Source: an uncultured virus (IMG/VR IMGVR_UViG_2875292628_000003)
Lineage: Duplodnaviria; Heunggongvirae; Uroviricota; Caudoviricetes
Reading direction: 5' to 3' (one strand)
Virus record (IMG/VR): IMGVR_UViG_2875292628_000003
DNA length: 20,000 nt
Part shown: positions 16,110 through 20,000 of the stretch, piece by piece
Layout: each line of letters begins with the position of its first letter
How positions within the stretch are numbered: the first letter of the stretch is position 1
Made by a program: the position numbers and the translations under genes
Notes under the pieces: model-generated
What the model was told of the DNA's origin: nothing
Databases searched by the model: none
Seen by the model: the letters and a program-made list of their open reading frames with translations, nothing else

Positions 16110-16588
16110 ATGCACAAATTTTAGATCCATGCTGCGGTTCAAAGATGATGTGGTTTGATCGAAACAACCCAAATGTAGTGTATGGAGATATTCGAAAAGA
16201 AGAACATACATTATGTGATGGTCGTACCTTAGTGATTGAACCAGATGTATTAATGGACTTTCGCAAAATGCCTTTTAACGATGAGCAATTTTCTTTAGTC
16301 GTTTTTGACCCTCCCCATCTTGTGCAAGCTGGAAAGAAAAGTTGGTTAGCTGCCAAATATGGAAAATTGTCACAGGATTGGCGTGAGGATATACAAAAAG
16401 GTTTTTCGGAATGCTTCCGTGTTTTAGTGAAAGGTGGAGTTTTAATTTTCAAATGGAATGAAGCACAGATCAAAGTTAGTGAAATCTTAGAGCTAACAGA
16501 TCAAAAGCCATTGTTTGGCCACATTAGTGGAAAGCGCAGCAATACACATTGGATTACTTTTATGAAAGCGGAAAATAAGGAGGGGTAA
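16106..16588 (+). CDS. Orphan phage class I SAM-dependent (probably amino-DNA) methyltransferase
   Basis: ILDPCCGSKMMWF (SAM-binding motif I), VVFDPPH (motif IV-like), ECFRVLVKGGVLIFKWNE. Confidence 0.85.
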   Translation: MNAQILDPCCGSKMMWFDRNNPNVVYGDIRKEEHTLCDGRTLVIEPDVLMDFRKMPFNDEQFSLVVFDPPHLVQAGKKSWLAAKYGKLSQDWREDIQKGFSECFRVLVKGGVLIFKWNEAQIKVSEILELTDQKPLFGHISGKRSNTHWITFMKAENKEG

Positions 16589-16858
16589 ATGTTAAAAGAT
16601 CTGAGAAATCTATCTGATGCAGAGCAACAAGAATATTTGGATCGCTTCATAATGGCTAATGAAGAACAGAAGTTCCCTCAAGAAGTTGTGGCGCTTTATT
16701 TAGATTGCTCACCATGGACATTAGCCAGAATGCGTTGTGATCAATCATCACTGCCTTTTTCGAAAATTGGAAGACGTGTTTCATATAAAAAGAAAGACGT
16801 TTTAAAGTATGAGCAAAGCAGGACTGTGCTTAATACAGCGCAACTTGCAACTGTATAA
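16589..16858 (+). CDS. Excisionase-like HTH DNA-binding protein
   Basis: EVVALYLDCSPWTLARMR...PFSKIGRRVSYKKKDV (MerR/HTH_17 Xis-like pattern). It is the last gene of the PL operon before the integrase region. Confidence 0.75.
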   Translation: MLKDLRNLSDAEQQEYLDRFIMANEEQKFPQEVVALYLDCSPWTLARMRCDQSSLPFSKIGRRVSYKKKDVLKYEQSRTVLNTAQLATV

Positions 16859-16918
16859 GGATTCAGTTAAGAAATAATTGTAGTTTCCATGATAAATATT
16901 GGGTGACAAATAATTAAA

Positions 16919-16964
16919 ATTGCAAAAAGTTTTAGTTGACACTTTTCAAAATTTGCAATAAATT
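16919..16964 (+). promoter_or_regulatory. Strong sigma70 promoter for the cargo cassette, with flanking inverted repeat
   Basis: TTGACA (16936-16941), 17 bp, TAAATT (16959-16964). ATTGCAAA (16919-16926) and TTTGCAAT (16952-16959) form an inverted repeat. Confidence 0.65.
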
Positions 16965-16995
16965 TTGATTGCCCAAATCTCTTTAGGACTTAATT

Positions 16996-17607
16996 ATGGA
17001 TTTATCGAAGAATCCCCCTCCAAGCTATTATGATGCATCACTGAATGATGAAACATTAAGCTTTTTTGCTAACCATATGCTAGAAGTTTTTTCACAAACT
17101 ACTCAAGATCTTAGTAGAAAAGATGATGATAATTACACTATCAGTTGTGCAATTTTTGGAAGATGCCGTAATAGGTTTGCTCGTGAAATTCGTAGTGGCA
17201 ATGCCCCATCTCCAACATATTTAGAAGATTCTTCAAATAAATTCACCTTTAAAATTGGAAACACACCTGGTATCCGTTTTTTTAAAGAATCTGATCATTT
17301 AAAACCGAAAAGACCAAACTTTTTTAAGCAAAGTTACAATCTAGAATTATTTGAATCTGATTCAAAAGTTCCTGTTTTTTGGCGATTCATTTTGGTTCCA
17401 GCTAAAACTGATGACGAAGAAACATTTATCGCTTTTGTTGGTTTTAACCAGAAATTACAGCCGATTACAGCTTGGACATCTAATAAGACTTCTAGATTTA
17501 TTTTTGATCCAGCGGCTATATTGCCAGAACCAGCAGAATTGAAACGCTATAATATTGATGATCTATTAGCTGATGATGATTTAGATGATGCAAGCGGAAT
17601 CAAGTAA
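16996..17607 (+). CDS. Hypothetical protein, candidate toxin/effector partner of the downstream peptidase
   Basis: 203-aa ORF with AGGA SD and a very acidic C-terminal tail (DDLLADDDLDDA). No family recognised. Confidence 0.75.
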   Translation: MDLSKNPPPSYYDASLNDETLSFFANHMLEVFSQTTQDLSRKDDDNYTISCAIFGRCRNRFAREIRSGNAPSPTYLEDSSNKFTFKIGNTPGIRFFKESDHLKPKRPNFFKQSYNLELFESDSKVPVFWRFILVPAKTDDEETFIAFVGFNQKLQPITAWTSNKTSRFIFDPAAILPEPAELKRYNIDDLLADDDLDDASGIK

Positions 17608-17643
17608 ATCTTCAACAGCAAATAGGCAAAAGTTGATGAGAAA

Positions 17644-18726
17644 ATGAATACTTATTTTAATGGTCTAGAATTGCGGCTCTTACGTCAATTTAATCATTTG
17701 TCTTTAGAGGACTTATCAATTCATGTTGGTAAGTCACGCCAATTCTTGCATAAAATTGAAATGAACCAAGTTGTTCCTACACCTGATTTAATTGATGTAC
17801 TTAGCAACTTCTTCAATGTAAAAACGGATATTTTTTACAGTTCTCATCCGATTTTACAAGAAGAACAAATCAATTTTCGAAGCAACAAAACTGCCAAAAT
17901 TTTTACAAAGCAATCAGTGATCGCTCAGGGTGAATATTTAAAAAGGTTAGTAGAATTTATAGAGGCAAATTTAAGGCTCCCTAAGTATTCAATACCTTCT
18001 GTTGAATCTGTAAAGAATTTTCAAGATATTGAAAATGCTGCGCTTCAATTTAGAAAATATTTTAATTTAGGGTTGGGACCTATTAGCGATATGACTCAAT
18101 TAACTGAAATGCTTGGAATTTTTGTAACTACTTTTCCAAGTGTTTCAAGCGAAGTCGATGCTCTATCTATTGCATCTAAAAGACCAATCTTTGTTAATAA
18201 CGAAATTAGTAGTACTTGTCGCCAGCGTTTTAATTTAGCTCATGAATTAGGACATCTTGTACTACATGATGGTTGTGTTACAGGTGACACTCTCACTGAG
18301 TCGCAAGCGCATCGTTTTGCTAGTGCTTTACTTATTCCACAAGAAATGATGATTTCTCATTTCCGTAATTGCTTTAATGGTAGATTTAATTGGAATAAAT
18401 TAAGTGAGATGAAAACAAATTGGAAAATAAGTAAGGCAGCTTTGCTCTATAGAGCTAAATCTTTAGATCTTTTAAATGAAACAAGTTATCGTAGTGGCTT
18501 TATTCATTTGAAGCGTACTGGTGAGGCTATTTTAGAATCAGAAGATCATGAAATACCTAAAGAAGTTCCAACTTTACTAAATACATGTTTCAAAGCTTTA
18601 AGTAAAAAAGGAATTTCAGCAATTGATATAGCTAATGAATTAAATATATCTCTAGATCTATTAAATAAAATTACGCAATTAGATTTACAGCCACAAAATC
18701 CTTCTAAACTTAAATTAGTTATTTGA
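17644..18726 (+). CDS. XRE-HTH + ImmA/IrrE (peptidase M78, DUF955) zinc metallopeptidase
   Basis: N-terminal HTH (LSLEDLSIHVGKSRQFLHKIEMNQVVP), RQRFNLAHELGHLVLH (HExxH), ESQAHRFASALLIP. Confidence 0.92.
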   Translation: MNTYFNGLELRLLRQFNHLSLEDLSIHVGKSRQFLHKIEMNQVVPTPDLIDVLSNFFNVKTDIFYSSHPILQEEQINFRSNKTAKIFTKQSVIAQGEYLKRLVEFIEANLRLPKYSIPSVESVKNFQDIENAALQFRKYFNLGLGPISDMTQLTEMLGIFVTTFPSVSSEVDALSIASKRPIFVNNEISSTCRQRFNLAHELGHLVLHDGCVTGDTLTESQAHRFASALLIPQEMMISHFRNCFNGRFNWNKLSEMKTNWKISKAALLYRAKSLDLLNETSYRSGFIHLKRTGEAILESEDHEIPKEVPTLLNTCFKALSKKGISAIDIANELNISLDLLNKITQLDLQPQNPSKLKLVI

Positions 18727-18727
18727 T

Positions 18728-18751
18728 TAAAGGCGGTTTAGACCGCCTTTA
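18728..18751. terminator. Probable bidirectional terminator between the convergent peptidase and integrase genes
   Basis: 10-bp stem TAAAGGCGGT / ACCGCCTTTA with loop TTAG, followed by TTTCTTTT. The integrase stop codon lies in the loop. Confidence 0.75.
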
Positions 18752-20000
18752 TTTCTTTTAATCTTTCTGCCCATACAGATTGATAATTAAAGCAATCAAT
18801 CTTACCTTGATACACCGCTTCAATCATGTTCATTGAAGCTCTTAATTCCTCATCTGGAATTTGAACATATCCACCTGTCACATCAATTCTTGGTTTAGCC
18901 GTGTGATTAAGAAGTCTTTTTGTCACATAAATATTAAATCTTAAAAGGTTGCATATAGTGGCAAATGTACGGCGGAAATCATGCATTGAAACGTAATAGT
19001 CAACTTCTTTACCCACTCTATTCAATAATGTATCTACCTTAGTCGCATGCATATTCCACGAAGTAGGCATCTTAGTAGCTGGGAAAACCCAATCGTTTTC
19101 TCTTAATAACCAACGTTCACGCAAAATACTGTGTAGATGATCACCAATAGGAAAAGTATGATCTGAACCATTTTTGGTATCTCTAAAAGTTAAAGTACCA
19201 TTTTTAATATCTACATCAGCCCACTTTAAGCAACATGCCTCCTGTTTACGGCATCCCGTATACATGCACATCAATACGATATCCCGATGCGTGTTTGACC
19301 TAGCAGTATTTTCCAGATTCAACTCATCTTCATAATGAAGCACCGCATTGTAATATTTGTGAATGATGTCTTTATGGAGATGTCTATCCCTACTTGCTAT
19401 TTTATTCCAACCTCTGGTTACGGAAATAATGTCAACTGGATTACTTTTAAGAATCGGGTTCTCATCTGTTGAATAAAGAACATGAATATACTTCCATAAG
19501 GTACCTAAAAGAGATACAGCACCATTTGCTGACGACTCACTTACTTCTGATACCTCAATAAATCGATCCAGTACTTCTTGCTTAGATATCTGGAAAAGCT
19601 TTTTGTTGCCCCACCCCAAATATAAATCAAAGTACTTACGGTACTGCCTAATTGTTTTTGGTCTAAAGTCATTTCTATCAATATAAATTTGAAGAGCTTC
19701 ATTCACTGTAATATCTAAAGGATTAGCAACATTCTTTAATTTGATAGGCTTTTCATATTCATTGTTTGAAATTTTCGCCAGGATCATCTGAGCTTTTGCT
19801 CGAGCATTTGTTGCAGGAATATCGGTAGTTTTACCAATTGTCACTCGATAGAGTTCACCTTCATGCCTCCTTTCAACAATATAGGTTTTACTTTTATTAG
19901 TTACCCGAACAGCAAAACCGATCAGTTCTGCATCTCTATATATTTTTTGACCTTTTTCAGTTAATGGAATAGCATCAACAGTAGATTTGTTGAGTTTCAT
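18738..20000 (-). CDS. int: Tyrosine recombinase (phage integrase with N-terminal arm-binding domain)
   Basis: Catalytic residues R (TGCRKQE), K (DTKNG), HDFRRT, LLNH, Y (GGYVQ). N-terminal IYRDAELIGFAVRV...RVTIGK. Confidence 0.96.
   Translation of the reverse strand: MKLNKSTVDAIPLTEKGQKIYRDAELIGFAVRVTNKSKTYIVERRHEGELYRVTIGKTTDIPATNARAKAQMILAKISNNEYEKPIKLKNVANPLDITVNEALQIYIDRNDFRPKTIRQYRKYFDLYLGWGNKKLFQISKQEVLDRFIEVSEVSESSANGAVSLLGTLWKYIHVLYSTDENPILKSNPVDIISVTRGWNKIASRDRHLHKDIIHKYYNAVLHYEDELNLENTARSNTHRDIVLMCMYTGCRKQEACCLKWADVDIKNGTLTFRDTKNGSDHTFPIGDHLHSILRERWLLRENDWVFPATKMPTSWNMHATKVDTLLNRVGKEVDYYVSMHDFRRTFATICNLLRFNIYVTKRLLNHTAKPRIDVTGGYVQIPDEELRASMNMIEAVYQGKIDCFNYQSVWAERLKEIKAV

Larger units (their letters stand above)
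1..20000. mobile_element. Lambdoid prophage early region, probably a mosaic of two prophages
   Basis: Gene order int / xis / recombination / PL / cargo / cI-cro-cII / replication / RusA. No att site or structural genes are visible in the window. Confidence 0.93.

Noticed and set aside
12211..17542. Overlapping ORFs 12211-12435, 15693-16022, 16060-16473 and 17351-17542
   Set aside because: They overlap operators or better-supported genes in another frame or strand and have no SD or motif support.
18738..20000. att site or tRNA integration target
   Set aside because: The window ends exactly at the integrase start codon, and no tRNA or att core is visible.

Overview
This window is the early half of a lambdoid temperate prophage. 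The AT-rich sequence and protein families suggest an Acinetobacter host, which is an inference. From right to left it holds a tyrosine integrase (18738-20000, minus strand), a self-promoted two-gene cargo cassette (unknown protein plus XRE-HTH/ImmA-IrrE peptidase, RosmerTA-like), and a rightward PL-type early operon (candidate lipoprotein, Sak4-like ATPase, orphan methyltransferase, xis-like HTH). Next come a single-chain type IIG-like restriction-modification gene in the cI-PL slot (the lambda rexAB position), a complete cI/cro/cII switch with three 16-bp operators at each of OR and OL, and a leftward PR operon. Unusually, the PR operon carries two replication modules in tandem: initiator + DnaB helicase, then a second initiator + DnaC-like loader. 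They are joined by a chimeric ORF that fuses an HTH protein to the C-terminal end of a C5 cytosine methyltransferase, which looks like the scar of a fusion between two prophages. The left end has an AT-rich decayed island with an unannotated 31-aa membrane peptide, then a RusA resolvase and a partial XRE-HTH gene.
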